Below are positions 18,248 to 28,174 of a stretch of DNA of 64,000 bases, piece by piece. This stretch comes from an uncultured Mycoplasma sp. GTDB taxonomy: Bacteria > Bacillota_I > Bacilli_A > RF39 > UBA660. Where the stretch lies: the NCBI GenBank assembly GCA_947646115.1, contig CANSFH010000002.1:27806-91805 (forward strand), given 5' to 3'. The notes beneath the pieces are model-generated. The model saw only the letters and a list, made by a program, of their open reading frames with translations. It ran no database searches and was not told the origin of the DNA. Position numbers and translations under genes: made by a program. The number at the start of each line of letters is the position of its first letter. Position 1 is the stretch's first letter.

Positions 18248-19594
18248 ATGTTTGATACTATTTGCGCTATCTCGACTTCACTAGGTGTAGGAGCTATTTC
18301 TATAATCCGTGTAAGTGGAAGTGAGGCTATCTCTATTGTTGATAAACTTTTTAAAGGGAAATCTTTAAAAGAAGTGGAAAGTCACACTATAACATATGGC
18401 CATATCATTAATAATAATGAGGTAATTGATGAAGTTTTAGTAAGTGTATTTAAAGCGCCAAAAACTTATACAATGGAAGATACTGTTGAAATAAATACTC
18501 ATGGAGGAATTGCTACTACTAAAAAAGTTTTAGAATTATTACTAGAAAATGGCGCTCGACTTGCTAATCGTGGAGAATTCACTAAACGTGCCTTTTTAAA
18601 TGGACGTATTGATTTATCTGAAGCGGAAGGGGTAGAAAGTTTAATAAATGCAACTACTGATTTAGAACGTAAATTAGCTCTTAATACAATGAGTGGTAAA
18701 GTATCCAGAAAAATAAAAAAAGTTCGTAATATTATAGTCGAACTTATGGCCAATATTGAAGTAAATATTGATTTCCCTGAATATGAAGATGCTTTAGTCA
18801 TAACTTTAGATAATCTTCCGCCTAAATTAAATGAAATAAAAAGAGAATTAGAAAGCTTACTTGATGAAGCTAAAATTGGTCGTATAATTGAGGATGGAAT
18901 TAAAGTAGCTATCATTGGTCGCCCTAATGTCGGTAAAAGTAGCATATTAAATGCTCTGTTAGATGAAAACAAGGCTATTGTTACTGATATTGCGGGAACT
19001 ACTCGTGATATTGTAGAAGGTGCTATTGAACTTAAAGGGATAAAATTAAAATTTATTGATACTGCTGGTATTCGTGAAACTACAGATATTGTTGAACGAA
19101 TAGGCGTTGATAAATCATTAGAAATGTTAGATAGAGCTGACCTTGTCATTCACGTTTTAAATAACAATGAAGAATTAAATGAAACTGATAAAGAATTAAT
19201 AGCAAAACTCAAAGATAAAACTCATATTACTTTTATTAATAAATCAGATTTAGCATCAAAACTAACACTTGAAGATAATGCCATTGTTAGAGGAAATACT
19301 ACAAGTGATGACGGACTAAACTCTTTAAAAGATAAAATAATTGAACTATTTGATTTAGAAAGTATTAGTAACTCTTCTTTAGATGTTGTATCAAGTACAA
19401 GAGTAATTAATTTAATTAAAGAATCACTGAAACATATTAATAATGCTCTAGCAAATGTTAGTGCAAGTATTCCTGTTGATATGATAGCAATCGATATTAA
19501 GGCTGCCTGGGATGCTTTAGGTGAAATTACTGGTGAATCTTATCAAGATGAATTATTAGATACTTTATTTAGTAAATTTTGTTTAGGAAAGTAG
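18248..19594 (+). CDS. mnmE: tRNA modification GTPase MnmE
   Basis: G-domain motifs GRPNVGKSS and DTAG, with the C-terminal CxGK (CLGK). Confidence 0.95.
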   Translation: MFDTICAISTSLGVGAISIIRVSGSEAISIVDKLFKGKSLKEVESHTITYGHIINNNEVIDEVLVSVFKAPKTYTMEDTVEINTHGGIATTKKVLELLLENGARLANRGEFTKRAFLNGRIDLSEAEGVESLINATTDLERKLALNTMSGKVSRKIKKVRNIIVELMANIEVNIDFPEYEDALVITLDNLPPKLNEIKRELESLLDEAKIGRIIEDGIKVAIIGRPNVGKSSILNALLDENKAIVTDIAGTTRDIVEGAIELKGIKLKFIDTAGIRETTDIVERIGVDKSLEMLDRADLVIHVLNNNEELNETDKELIAKLKDKTHITFINKSDLASKLTLEDNAIVRGNTTSDDGLNSLKDKIIELFDLESISNSSLDVVSSTRVINLIKESLKHINNALANVSASIPVDMIAIDIKAAWDALGEITGESYQDELLDTLFSKFCLGK

Positions 19595-19601
19595 GCATAT
19601 T

Positions 19602-20102
19602 ATGATACGTAAAGCAAACTTAAATGATTTAAATAATATAATGGAAATTGTTCGTAGTATTCAAGTAGAAATGAAAGAAGAAAATAATCCTCAATGGAAC
19701 GAAGAGGATGATTATCCAAATAAAGAGAAATTTACTGAAGATATTAATAAAAATGCTTTATATGTTTACGAAATAGATAGTAATATTAAAGGTTTTATGT
19801 CCATTACTCTAGATAATAAAGAATATGCTGAATTGTTAAAAACATCTAACAAACCTGCCTATGTTCTTCATCGTTTAGCTATCAGAAAAGAAAATCGTAA
19901 AGAAGGATTAGCTTCTAAATTTTTCGAATATGCTGAATCTTTAGCTAAAGAAAACAATATAAAGATTTTAAAGGCTGATACTGAAGAACATAATCTTAAA
20001 ATGAATAATTTATTTTTAAAATTAGGTTTCAAGAAAAAAGGCGAATTTGAATATGATGATTATCCAGGGTCTTATATCTACTATGAAAAGGAAATAAAAT
20101 AA
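19602..20102 (+). CDS. GNAT-family N-acetyltransferase
   Basis: 166 aa with a GNAT-like core (HRLAIRKENRKEGLASKFFEY). Confidence 0.75.
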   Translation: MIRKANLNDLNNIMEIVRSIQVEMKEENNPQWNEEDDYPNKEKFTEDINKNALYVYEIDSNIKGFMSITLDNKEYAELLKTSNKPAYVLHRLAIRKENRKEGLASKFFEYAESLAKENNIKILKADTEEHNLKMNNLFLKLGFKKKGEFEYDDYPGSYIYYEKEIK

Positions 20103-20122
20103 AAAACGAAAGAAGTGATTTT

Positions 20123-21979
20123 ATGTATGATTTAATCGTTGTTGGTGGTGGTCATGCTGGTTGTGAAGCTGCTCATATAGGTGCAATATTAGGTTTAAAA
20201 ACTGCGCTAGTAACTGCCAATATTAAAAACATCGCTGATATGCCATGTAACCCATCCATCGGTGGAACTGCTAAAGGTATTATCGTTCGTGAAATTGATG
20301 CATTAGGTGGAATAATGGGCATTGTCGCTGACAAATCTCATTTTCAAATTAAAATGCTAAATAATGGCAAGGGCCCTGCTGTACGTAGTCTTCGCGCTCA
20401 AGCTGATAAAATTACTTACCCTCGTATAATGTTAGAAACTTTAAAAAGTACTGAAAATTTAACAATAGTTGAAGGTATGGCGGAAGAACTAATAGTTGAG
20501 AATAATAAAGTTAAAGGTGTAATACTTGCTGATGGTACTAAGATATCAAGTAATGCTGTAATTTTAACAACAGGAACTTATCTTAAAGGTAATATTTTAA
20601 TTGGCTCTGAAAATACTCCTGGTGGACCTCACGGTGAAGCAAGAAGCAATCATTTAAGTGATAATTTAAAGAATTTAGGCCTAACTATTCAACGACTTAA
20701 AACTGGAACACCACCAAGAATAAAAGAAAAATCTGTTGATTTTAGTAAAATGCAACCAGAATATGGAGATTATGAATATTTAACGTTTTCTCATGATCAA
20801 GAACCTTCTTACAAAATAAATGAACAACAAAGATGTTATCTTTTATATACAACATCTAAAACTCATGAAATAATAAAAGCTAATTTGGATAAATCAGCAA
20901 TGTATGGTGGATATGTTACAGGTATAGGGCCTAGATATTGTCCATCTATCGAAGATAAAATAGTAAGATTCGCTGATAAAGAACGTCATCAATTATTTAT
21001 GGAACCAGAAAGTGTTCATTACGATGAATGGTATTTACAAGGATTTTCTACATCTATGCCTCGTGATGTTCAAGAACTTATGGTTCATTCTTTACCAGGA
21101 TTAGAAAATGCCATTATAACTAAATATGCTTATGCAATTGAATATGATGCCATTGATCCGTTACAAATGAAGCCATCTCTTGAAAACAAATTAATTGAAA
21201 ATTTATTTACTGCAGGTCAAATAAATGGTACTTCAGGATATGAAGAAGCAGCAGCTCAAGGTTTAATTGCTGGTATTAATGCTCATCATAAATTAAAAAA
21301 TATTGAACCTTTAATATTAAAAAGAAATGAAGCTTATATAGGAGTATTAATAGATGATTTAGTAACCAAAGGAACAGCTGAACCATACCGCATGCTAACT
21401 AGCCGTGCTGAATTTAGACTTATTCTTCGTCACGATAATGCTGACTTAAGATTAAGAAGTATTGGTTATCAAAATGGTACAATTGATGAAGAGAGATACC
21501 AAAAACTAAATGAAAAAATAAATGCTATTAATGAGATTAAAAATATTTTACGAAATAGCAATTTACAATTAAATGAAGAAACAAAAGAAATATTTAAAAA
21601 ACATAATTTAGAAGTACCATCATTTAGTGTAAGTTTATATATATTACTAAAAAGACCAGAAATATCAATTAATTTCATAAAAGAACTAATTGATATTGAT
21701 TATACGAAAGAAATTTTAGAAGAAGTTGAAATTGAAGTTAAATACGAAGGCTATATTGCGAAAGCTTATAAAGAAGCTGAAAAAATGTTAAAATTAGAAG
21801 ATAAAATAATACCTGATGACATAGACTATAATGATATTTTGAATTTAGCTAGTGAGGCAAGACAAAAATTAGCTAAAGTAAGACCTAAAACTTTAGGGCA
21901 AGCAGCTAGAATATCAGGTGTCAATCCTGCAGATTTATCTATACTTTCTGTATATTTAAAAAAGAAATATAATAAATAG
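20123..21979 (+). CDS. mnmG: tRNA uridine 5-carboxymethylaminomethyl modification enzyme MnmG
   Basis: FAD-binding N-terminus VVGGGHAGCEAA. 618 aa. Confidence 0.95.
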   Translation: MYDLIVVGGGHAGCEAAHIGAILGLKTALVTANIKNIADMPCNPSIGGTAKGIIVREIDALGGIMGIVADKSHFQIKMLNNGKGPAVRSLRAQADKITYPRIMLETLKSTENLTIVEGMAEELIVENNKVKGVILADGTKISSNAVILTTGTYLKGNILIGSENTPGGPHGEARSNHLSDNLKNLGLTIQRLKTGTPPRIKEKSVDFSKMQPEYGDYEYLTFSHDQEPSYKINEQQRCYLLYTTSKTHEIIKANLDKSAMYGGYVTGIGPRYCPSIEDKIVRFADKERHQLFMEPESVHYDEWYLQGFSTSMPRDVQELMVHSLPGLENAIITKYAYAIEYDAIDPLQMKPSLENKLIENLFTAGQINGTSGYEEAAAQGLIAGINAHHKLKNIEPLILKRNEAYIGVLIDDLVTKGTAEPYRMLTSRAEFRLILRHDNADLRLRSIGYQNGTIDEERYQKLNEKINAINEIKNILRNSNLQLNEETKEIFKKHNLEVPSFSVSLYILLKRPEISINFIKELIDIDYTKEILEEVEIEVKYEGYIAKAYKEAEKMLKLEDKIIPDDIDYNDILNLASEARQKLAKVRPKTLGQAARISGVNPADLSILSVYLKKKYNK

Positions 21980-21980
21980 A

Positions 21981-22006
21981 GCATCAAGTAATTTGATGCT
22001 TTTTGC
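21981..22006 (+). terminator. Terminator after mnmG
   Basis: gcatcaa-gtaatt-tgatgc followed by TTTTTG. Confidence 0.6.
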
Positions 22007-22229
22007 TGCTGTTCATTAAGTTTAACTTTCATAGCAAATGCCAAATGTAGTTAGATTTAATATTAAAATACTCTTTCAAAGAGAGATGTATTCCAGATTA
22101 TTATCCCAAAATTTATTTTTTACACACTTCCTAAAAAATTAATAGTTACTATAATATAAGAGTAGGATAATTGCAAATAATCATTTTGTTCAATAGTATA
22201 ACTATGATATAATAAATGCGGTGATTAAG

Positions 22230-22937
22230 ATGAATATCGAAACATTTACTAGTGAATTAAAAAAACTAAATATAATTCCAACCCAAGAGCAACTAGAAGC
22301 TTTAGAGAAATACAAAAATATGCTTATTGAATATAATAAAAAATTTAATCTAACAGCTATAAAAACTGATGAAGAAATATATTTAAAACATTTTTATGAC
22401 TCATTAACTCTTATAAAAGCTATAGACTTAAACCAAGATCTAAAACTTCTTGATATTGGAACAGGCGCAGGATTTCCTGGTTTAGTTTTAAAAATAATGT
22501 TTCCTAGTTTAAATATTACATTACTTGATTCTAATAACAAAAAAATAACATTTTTAGAAACAGTAATTAAAGAATTAAACTTAAAAAAAATCAAATGTAT
22601 TTATGGTCGTGCTGAAGAATTAAATAATAGTTACCGTGAGTATTTTGATATAGTAACATCAAGAGCGGTTTCTCATTTGCGTATTTTATCAGAACTTTCT
22701 ATTCCCTACTTAAAAATCGAAGGTTTATTTCTACCTATGAAAGGTAATATCGCTGAAGAATTAAATGAGAGTGATAGTACATTAAAAGCTTTAAAATCTC
22801 ATATATTAGAAATAATAGAATTTAATCTTCCTATCGAAAATAGTAAAAGAGCAATTTTAAAAATAAAGAAGGAGGAGATTAGTCCGATTATATATCCTAG
22901 ACCATACGATAAAATCACTAAAAAACCATTAAAATAA
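22230..22937 (+). CDS. rsmG: 16S rRNA (guanine527-N7)-methyltransferase
   Basis: SAM motif LLDIGTGAGFPGLVL. It follows mnmE-mnmG. Start placed at ATG 22230. Confidence 0.9.
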   Translation: MNIETFTSELKKLNIIPTQEQLEALEKYKNMLIEYNKKFNLTAIKTDEEIYLKHFYDSLTLIKAIDLNQDLKLLDIGTGAGFPGLVLKIMFPSLNITLLDSNNKKITFLETVIKELNLKKIKCIYGRAEELNNSYREYFDIVTSRAVSHLRILSELSIPYLKIEGLFLPMKGNIAEELNESDSTLKALKSHILEIIEFNLPIENSKRAILKIKKEEISPIIYPRPYDKITKKPLK

Positions 22938-22986
22938 ACATAAAAAATTTAAAATGTCATTTATTTATAATAAAAGGAATGTTAAC

Positions 22987-24678
22987 ATGAAAAAAAATAT
23001 TGCTATTATTATAAGTATTATGACTCTTTTTTTTGCCATTTTTAAAATGCAAGTTTATTATGAAAAAGAACCCTTACTAACTTTTTCTGGAGAAAAAATA
23101 ACTAATTATTTTTATCACTATAATCTAAACAGCGGTTTAAACGAACTAACAAATATCACTATTTTAAATAACAAAATTTTTTACTTATCTAACAATACAT
23201 CTACTTATACATTATTTAGTCGAAATATTTATGAACCAAAAGAAAATAAAATAAAAGAGTTTAATGCTGATTGGTGTGAGTTTACAAATAAATATGTAAC
23301 TTGCAATAATAATGAATTTATTTATTTTTATAATTTAGAAAATAATCAAGAAATTAAAACAGCGTATGAAGATGAAATATCAATAATTCCATATAAAGAT
23401 ACATACTTAAAATTATCTAATAATAAATTAATATTACTTGAAAATAAAAACCAGTACCTGTTCCGTGATTTAAAAAATAAGTATTTAATTAAATACTTTT
23501 ATTATACAAAAGATAACACTTACATCATACTAGAAAAAGACAATATATTATACCTATATAATATTAAAGAAAACAGTTTTCAAACACTAGAAGATCCAAA
23601 TATTAAAAAATATGGCAATGGTTTTTATACCATTGCTGAAAACAAAATTTTAATATATGACTTATTAAATAATAATATTAAAGAATATTCTAATCGTAAT
23701 AACATTTTATTTGAAAATATTAATATACTTGCTGAAGATAACAAAACTTTATATTTAATAAACGCAGAAAATCTTGAAATAATAAATTTAGAACAAAATC
23801 TTAAAAAAATAATAAATTTAAAAAATTATAATCTAAAATCATTAACCAATATTTTTACTGTTAATAATTATATCTTTTTAGAAAGTCTATTAGATAACTA
23901 CTTAACATTATTAGATTTAAATGCTTATCCAGAAAAAAATATTCAAACTATTATTAATACTTCTGAATCTAAAGAAATTAATAAAGATTTATTTGCAAGC
24001 TATAATATAAATTTAAAAACCAAAGAAAATGCTATTATAGAATTTCCTGATTTTAAAGCTGAACTATTAACTGATGAAAATATTCTAAATAAAGCTATAA
24101 CTAAACTTGAAAAAATTTTTTCAAAGTTTAATAATGAGTTCTTTAATAATTTTTATGCTAATGATGCAAATGGGTTAAATATATATTTAACAGGTAATTT
24201 AACTCCAAGTGACTATTCTAGCCAAATAGCTAATCCTGCCGCTTACTCGCTATTTTATAATAATGAATATATGATTGTTATAGATATTAATGAAAATAAT
24301 TTAGAGGAATTATTATGCCATGAGCTAATGCACAACATTGAATTTAATTCCAAAAATAATAAACTTGATAATTTTTCTAAATGGGAAGACTTAAATCCTA
24401 AAGACTTTTATTATACTAATTCATATACTAAAGTAAGTGAATTTGACTATACAAAAAAAGAACAAAATATTAATAATGTTTATTTCATAGATAGTTACTC
24501 GCACACTTACAAAAGTGAAGATATGGCTCGCATATTTGAACAAATATGTTCTGTAGATACAAATAGTATAGTAAATGATTATCCAAATTTAAAAGAAAAA
24601 GGCAATTATTTAAAAGAAGTTATAATAAATAATTACCCAGAACTAAATGAATCGAATTTATTTAATAGTTTAAATTAA
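22987..24678 (+). CDS. Secreted N/K/Y-rich protein with a C-terminal HExxH motif (zinc-metalloprotease-like)
   Basis: N-terminal signal/TM (MKKNIAIIISIMTLFFAIF). CHELMHNIEF lies near the C-terminus. Confidence 0.45.
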   Translation: MKKNIAIIISIMTLFFAIFKMQVYYEKEPLLTFSGEKITNYFYHYNLNSGLNELTNITILNNKIFYLSNNTSTYTLFSRNIYEPKENKIKEFNADWCEFTNKYVTCNNNEFIYFYNLENNQEIKTAYEDEISIIPYKDTYLKLSNNKLILLENKNQYLFRDLKNKYLIKYFYYTKDNTYIILEKDNILYLYNIKENSFQTLEDPNIKKYGNGFYTIAENKILIYDLLNNNIKEYSNRNNILFENINILAEDNKTLYLINAENLEIINLEQNLKKIINLKNYNLKSLTNIFTVNNYIFLESLLDNYLTLLDLNAYPEKNIQTIINTSESKEINKDLFASYNINLKTKENAIIEFPDFKAELLTDENILNKAITKLEKIFSKFNNEFFNNFYANDANGLNIYLTGNLTPSDYSSQIANPAAYSLFYNNEYMIVIDINENNLEELLCHELMHNIEFNSKNNKLDNFSKWEDLNPKDFYYTNSYTKVSEFDYTKKEQNINNVYFIDSYSHTYKSEDMARIFEQICSVDTNSIVNDYPNLKEKGNYLKEVIINNYPELNESNLFNSLN

Positions 24679-24858
24679 AATATAATATTACTGCAAAAGT
24701 TATAATTATATAAAAAATTGATATAATAAATCTTTTTTGACTATATATATTTCGTTAATTGTGTTAAAATATTAACTAGAGGTACATTAGTTGAAGATAA
24801 TAGTAGAATTTTAAAAATAGCTAAAAGTTGCAGCTCTGATTGTCTAGTTTCTGTAACT

Positions 24859-25224
24859 ATGACTTGGAAGAGAAATCCATATGATGTTATGAGTGCTTAT
24901 TTAGAAAACACACGACTTGTAAATACTCCAAAAGCTGTAATTGGCCAAACTTCATACACGGATATTAAAAAGTTTAATAATGGGTTTGGAGTACATTATG
25001 GTGTAATAACTGGATATAAGTTTTCTATTTTAAATAGAGCTATAGCTTCAAGCAATGCTTTAACTGTTAGAGCATCATATCAGCACGCACAATCATCAGT
25101 AACTTTAAATGAATCAAAAAACTATGATTTTAGCACTAATGGCTATGGTGGAGTAATTAGATTTAGAAGCAGTACCGTCGCAGAAAAATATGATCAAATG
25201 GGAGGAGTATCAGTAACTTTATAA
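24859..25224 (+). CDS. Hypothetical protein
   Basis: 121-aa ORF. The start is uncertain. Confidence 0.3.
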   Translation: MTWKRNPYDVMSAYLENTRLVNTPKAVIGQTSYTDIKKFNNGFGVHYGVITGYKFSILNRAIASSNALTVRASYQHAQSSVTLNESKNYDFSTNGYGGVIRFRSSTVAEKYDQMGGVSVTL

Positions 25225-25556
25225 TGAAAAATTTTAAACTAAATGAAAACGAAGAATTTAAAGTGTCATTTGATAATGTAGTAGTTTTTGCAAACAATAA
25301 TAAATTTATTTTAACAGTATTTTTAACTAACAAAAGATTAGTTTTATTGCAAGATGTAAACAAAAAACTTGATTTTAATAGTTTTTTAAATGCTAAAGGA
25401 ATAAGTGTTCCCTCTGATTTAGAAATAATTTATGAAATAAAGTTGTCAGATATAGATGAAGTACAATTTTATGATGAGGAAAATCATATAATTTTAAAAA
25501 ATACTACAAATAAACTTAAAATACTATGTGAAGATTTAAATAAATATTTATATTAA
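25224..25556 (+). CDS. Hypothetical protein
   Basis: 110-aa ORF whose ATG overlaps the stop of the previous ORF. Confidence 0.3.
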   Translation: MKNFKLNENEEFKVSFDNVVVFANNNKFILTVFLTNKRLVLLQDVNKKLDFNSFLNAKGISVPSDLEIIYEIKLSDIDEVQFYDEENHIILKNTTNKLKILCEDLNKYLY

Positions 25557-25649
25557 AACAGAATAAACTTATTGATGCTTGTAACTTTGCTTTAGATAAT
25601 ATGGATAAATAAAAATATGTTATGTAATCTAATTACTTCATTCAAATTT

Positions 25650-25697
25650 GACATTAACTTATAATATTTTTAGTCAATAATAATATAAGTTAATGTC
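25650..25697 (+). terminator. Long-stem hairpin, either a terminator candidate or a protein-binding palindrome
   Basis: Perfect 14-bp inverted repeat gacattaacttata / tataagttaatgtc separated by 20 nt and followed by cttttattttgtctttt. Confidence 0.4.
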
Positions 25698-25897
25698 CTT
25701 TTATTTTGTCTTTTAGCTAAATATAATAAAACATAATTAGCCTTTATAAATAATAAATTATTATAAAATTATAACTTTTTAATAAGAAAGAATTCGACAT
25801 ATTTTGCACTTTCTCAAATTTAACTATATTTATAATTGAAAAAAGTATTTAATAATGATAAAATAAGATATAAGATAAAAATTGGGGCTGATTTTCT

Positions 25898-27046
25898 ATG
25901 AATTTAGAACAAAATATTTTACAAATTCCAATTGAGGAAATAATACCTAACAGGTTTCAACCGCGATTAACTTTTGACGAACGTGGATTAGAAGAACTAG
26001 CGAATTCTATTAAAGAACATGGGATAATTCAACCTTTAGTATTAAGACGTGTAGGCGATAAATATGAAATTATAGCAGGTGAAAGAAGATACAAGGCAGC
26101 AACTATGGCTGGACTTACTACTGTACCAGCTGTTGTAGCTAACGTAGATGATAATAAAAGTGCCGAAGTAGCAATTGTTGAAAATGTGCAACGCCGAGAT
26201 TTAACACCTATTGAAGAAGCCAGAAGTTATAAAAACTTGCTTGATAAAGGATATTTGACTCAAGTTGAACTAGCTAAAAAAATGGGCGTATCCCAAAGTG
26301 CTATAGCAAATAAATTACGCTTATTAAATTTAGACTCTTCAGTTCAAGATGCTTTATTAAATAACAAAATTAGTGAACGTCATGCAAGATCCCTATTAGT
26401 ATTGCCAAATGGAGAAATGCAAAAAGAATGGTTAAACAGAATTATCAATGAAAGAATGACTGTTCGTGAATTAGATGAGGCATTAAAAGAATTAAATAAT
26501 AAAAAAGAACCAGTTGAAGAAGAAATAGACATTCCACTTGTTAAGCCATTAGATATCGATGCTATAAAAAAGGAAGCCACAGAACTACCAAGTTTGGATA
26601 GTGATAGTGAAATTGCTAGAAAATTGCGTGAAATTGAGGAAGAGAAAAAATTCAATCCTGATATTATTCCCGCTGATCAAGCTACAAACAATTCTAAAAC
26701 TAATTTCTTTAACTTCCTTGAAAGTGAAACTGTTAATATGAATACTGAAGAAGCAACAATACCGAGCATAAATACTAATATTGAAATGCCAACTCCCCCA
26801 ACTTCTGTAACACCACAGCCTAAATATAATGAAAAAGAAGACTTTGATCCTGTATCATTAATAGATACTCTTGATCCAAATTATGAAAAACAGGTTGAAG
26901 AGAAAATGGGTATAGATTTAAAAAGTGCTATTACAAGTATTCGCGATACTAAAGATGCTTTAAGCATGAAAGGCTTTAAAGTAAGTATGGAAGAAACAGA
27001 TTTAGCAGACACTTATCAATTTGTTATAAAAATTAAAAAAGATTAA
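25898..27046 (+). CDS. ParB/Noc-like chromosome partitioning or nucleoid occlusion protein
   Basis: ParB box LVLRRVGDKYEIIAGERRYKAA, then an HTH (LTQVELAKKMGVSQSAIANKLRLL). 382 aa with a long acidic C-terminal extension. No parA follows it. Confidence 0.8.
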   Translation: MNLEQNILQIPIEEIIPNRFQPRLTFDERGLEELANSIKEHGIIQPLVLRRVGDKYEIIAGERRYKAATMAGLTTVPAVVANVDDNKSAEVAIVENVQRRDLTPIEEARSYKNLLDKGYLTQVELAKKMGVSQSAIANKLRLLNLDSSVQDALLNNKISERHARSLLVLPNGEMQKEWLNRIINERMTVRELDEALKELNNKKEPVEEEIDIPLVKPLDIDAIKKEATELPSLDSDSEIARKLREIEEEKKFNPDIIPADQATNNSKTNFFNFLESETVNMNTEEATIPSINTNIEMPTPPTSVTPQPKYNEKEDFDPVSLIDTLDPNYEKQVEEKMGIDLKSAITSIRDTKDALSMKGFKVSMEETDLADTYQFVIKIKKD

Positions 27047-27048
27047 TA

Positions 27049-27078
27049 AGCTATACATATAGCTTGTTTTTTTAATAT
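27049..27078 (+). terminator. Terminator after the parB-like gene
   Basis: Palindrome aagctata-cat-atagctt followed by GTTTTTTT. Confidence 0.6.
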
Positions 27079-27146
27079 AATTGACAAAAGTTTATAATAT
27101 GATATAATGATAACATAAGTTACCTATAAAGATAAGGAGAGTATTT

Positions 27147-27716
27147 ATGGCCGGTAGAAGTATTATAGATAAAGATACATTACTAAAAGTTGCTTTAAAA
27201 ATGGTTGAAGAACAAGGCATTGAAAGTATTAATGCTAGAGATCTTGCTAAAAATGCCAACATTTCTACCAAACCTATTTATCGCATCTATACTAGTCTTG
27301 ATGATCTTAAAAATGATGTTAATGAAATAATCAAAAAAGAATATGACACTTTTATTATGAAAAGGGTAGATAATAAAAATGCTCTTATTACAGTATGTGT
27401 AGCCTACATAGAATTTGCTCAAATGCATAAAAACTATTTTCGTTCCATGTTTTTATCAAATAATTTAAAATGGACTAGTGTAAATGATGTCTTAAATGAA
27501 AAATGGAATCAATCAACTATTATTAATCTTGTAAATAAACATGGGTTGACTTTTGAAGAAGCAAAAAATCTATTTATGCATGTCTGGCTTTACGCTAACG
27601 GACTTGCTACACTCATTGCCTCTAATGAACTAACTATTGATAATAAAGAAATATTAATTAGAGTTGTAAAAATATATAAAGAGTTATCTAGTAACTTAAA
27701 AGATTTAGTGAGATAG
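27147..27716 (+). CDS. TetR/AcrR-family transcriptional regulator
   Basis: N-terminal HTH (INARDLAKNANISTKPIYRIYTSLDDL). 189 aa. Confidence 0.8.
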   Translation: MAGRSIIDKDTLLKVALKMVEEQGIESINARDLAKNANISTKPIYRIYTSLDDLKNDVNEIIKKEYDTFIMKRVDNKNALITVCVAYIEFAQMHKNYFRSMFLSNNLKWTSVNDVLNEKWNQSTIINLVNKHGLTFEEAKNLFMHVWLYANGLATLIASNELTIDNKEILIRVVKIYKELSSNLKDLVR

Positions 27717-27796
27717 TGGATTTTTCCACTTTTTTTATGTAATTTTTTAAAATATTTTACATAGCATTTATTATAATTAATAATTATGTATTATTT

Positions 27797-27822
27797 AGTA
27801 CTTGACAAAACCAAGTACTAGA
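27797..27822 (+). promoter_or_regulatory. Promoter (TTGACA -35) overlapped by an 8-bp inverted repeat that is a likely PadR operator
   Basis: agtacttgacaaaaccaagtact holds agtacttg/caagtact arms around the -35, with TATTAT at -10. Confidence 0.4.
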
Positions 27823-27841
27823 GATATTATAAGAGCAAGAG

Positions 27842-28174
27842 GTGATAAATACGAATACGCAATATAAAAAAGGCGTCTTAGAATTGTTGATATTATTACT
27901 AGTTGAAAAAAAAGACATGTATGGTTATGAATTAGTAGAAGCAGTAAGTAAAATAGTTGATGTTAATGAAGGAACAATCTATCCTATATTAAAAAGACTA
28001 ACTAATGAAAACTATTTTGAAACATATACCAAAGTATCAACCGAAGGACCAATTAGAAAATATTATCATCTAACCGCCGCTGGTAAACTAACTAAAGATA
28101 AACAATTAACTGAGTGGAAAAAGTTTAGTAATTGTGTAAACGATTTTATTAAAAGGAGTGAGAAAAATGAATAA
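27842..28174 (+). CDS. PadR-family transcriptional regulator
   Basis: KGVLELLILLLVEKKDMYGYELVEAV...GTIYPILKRL. GTG start. Confidence 0.8.
   Translation: MINTNTQYKKGVLELLILLLVEKKDMYGYELVEAVSKIVDVNEGTIYPILKRLTNENYFETYTKVSTEGPIRKYYHLTAAGKLTKDKQLTEWKKFSNCVNDFIKRSEKNE

Noticed and set aside
18499-19149. 216-aa minus-strand ORF antisense to mnmE
   Set aside because: It sits entirely inside the well-supported mnmE coding region. Its low-complexity S/I/A-rich translation is typical of an antisense shadow ORF.
25650-25697. The 14-bp inverted repeat as a parS or Noc-binding site
   Set aside because: The sequence (gacattaacttata) does not resemble parS (TGTTNCACGTGAAACA) or the Noc-binding site. With its downstream T-run it is more simply a terminator hairpin.
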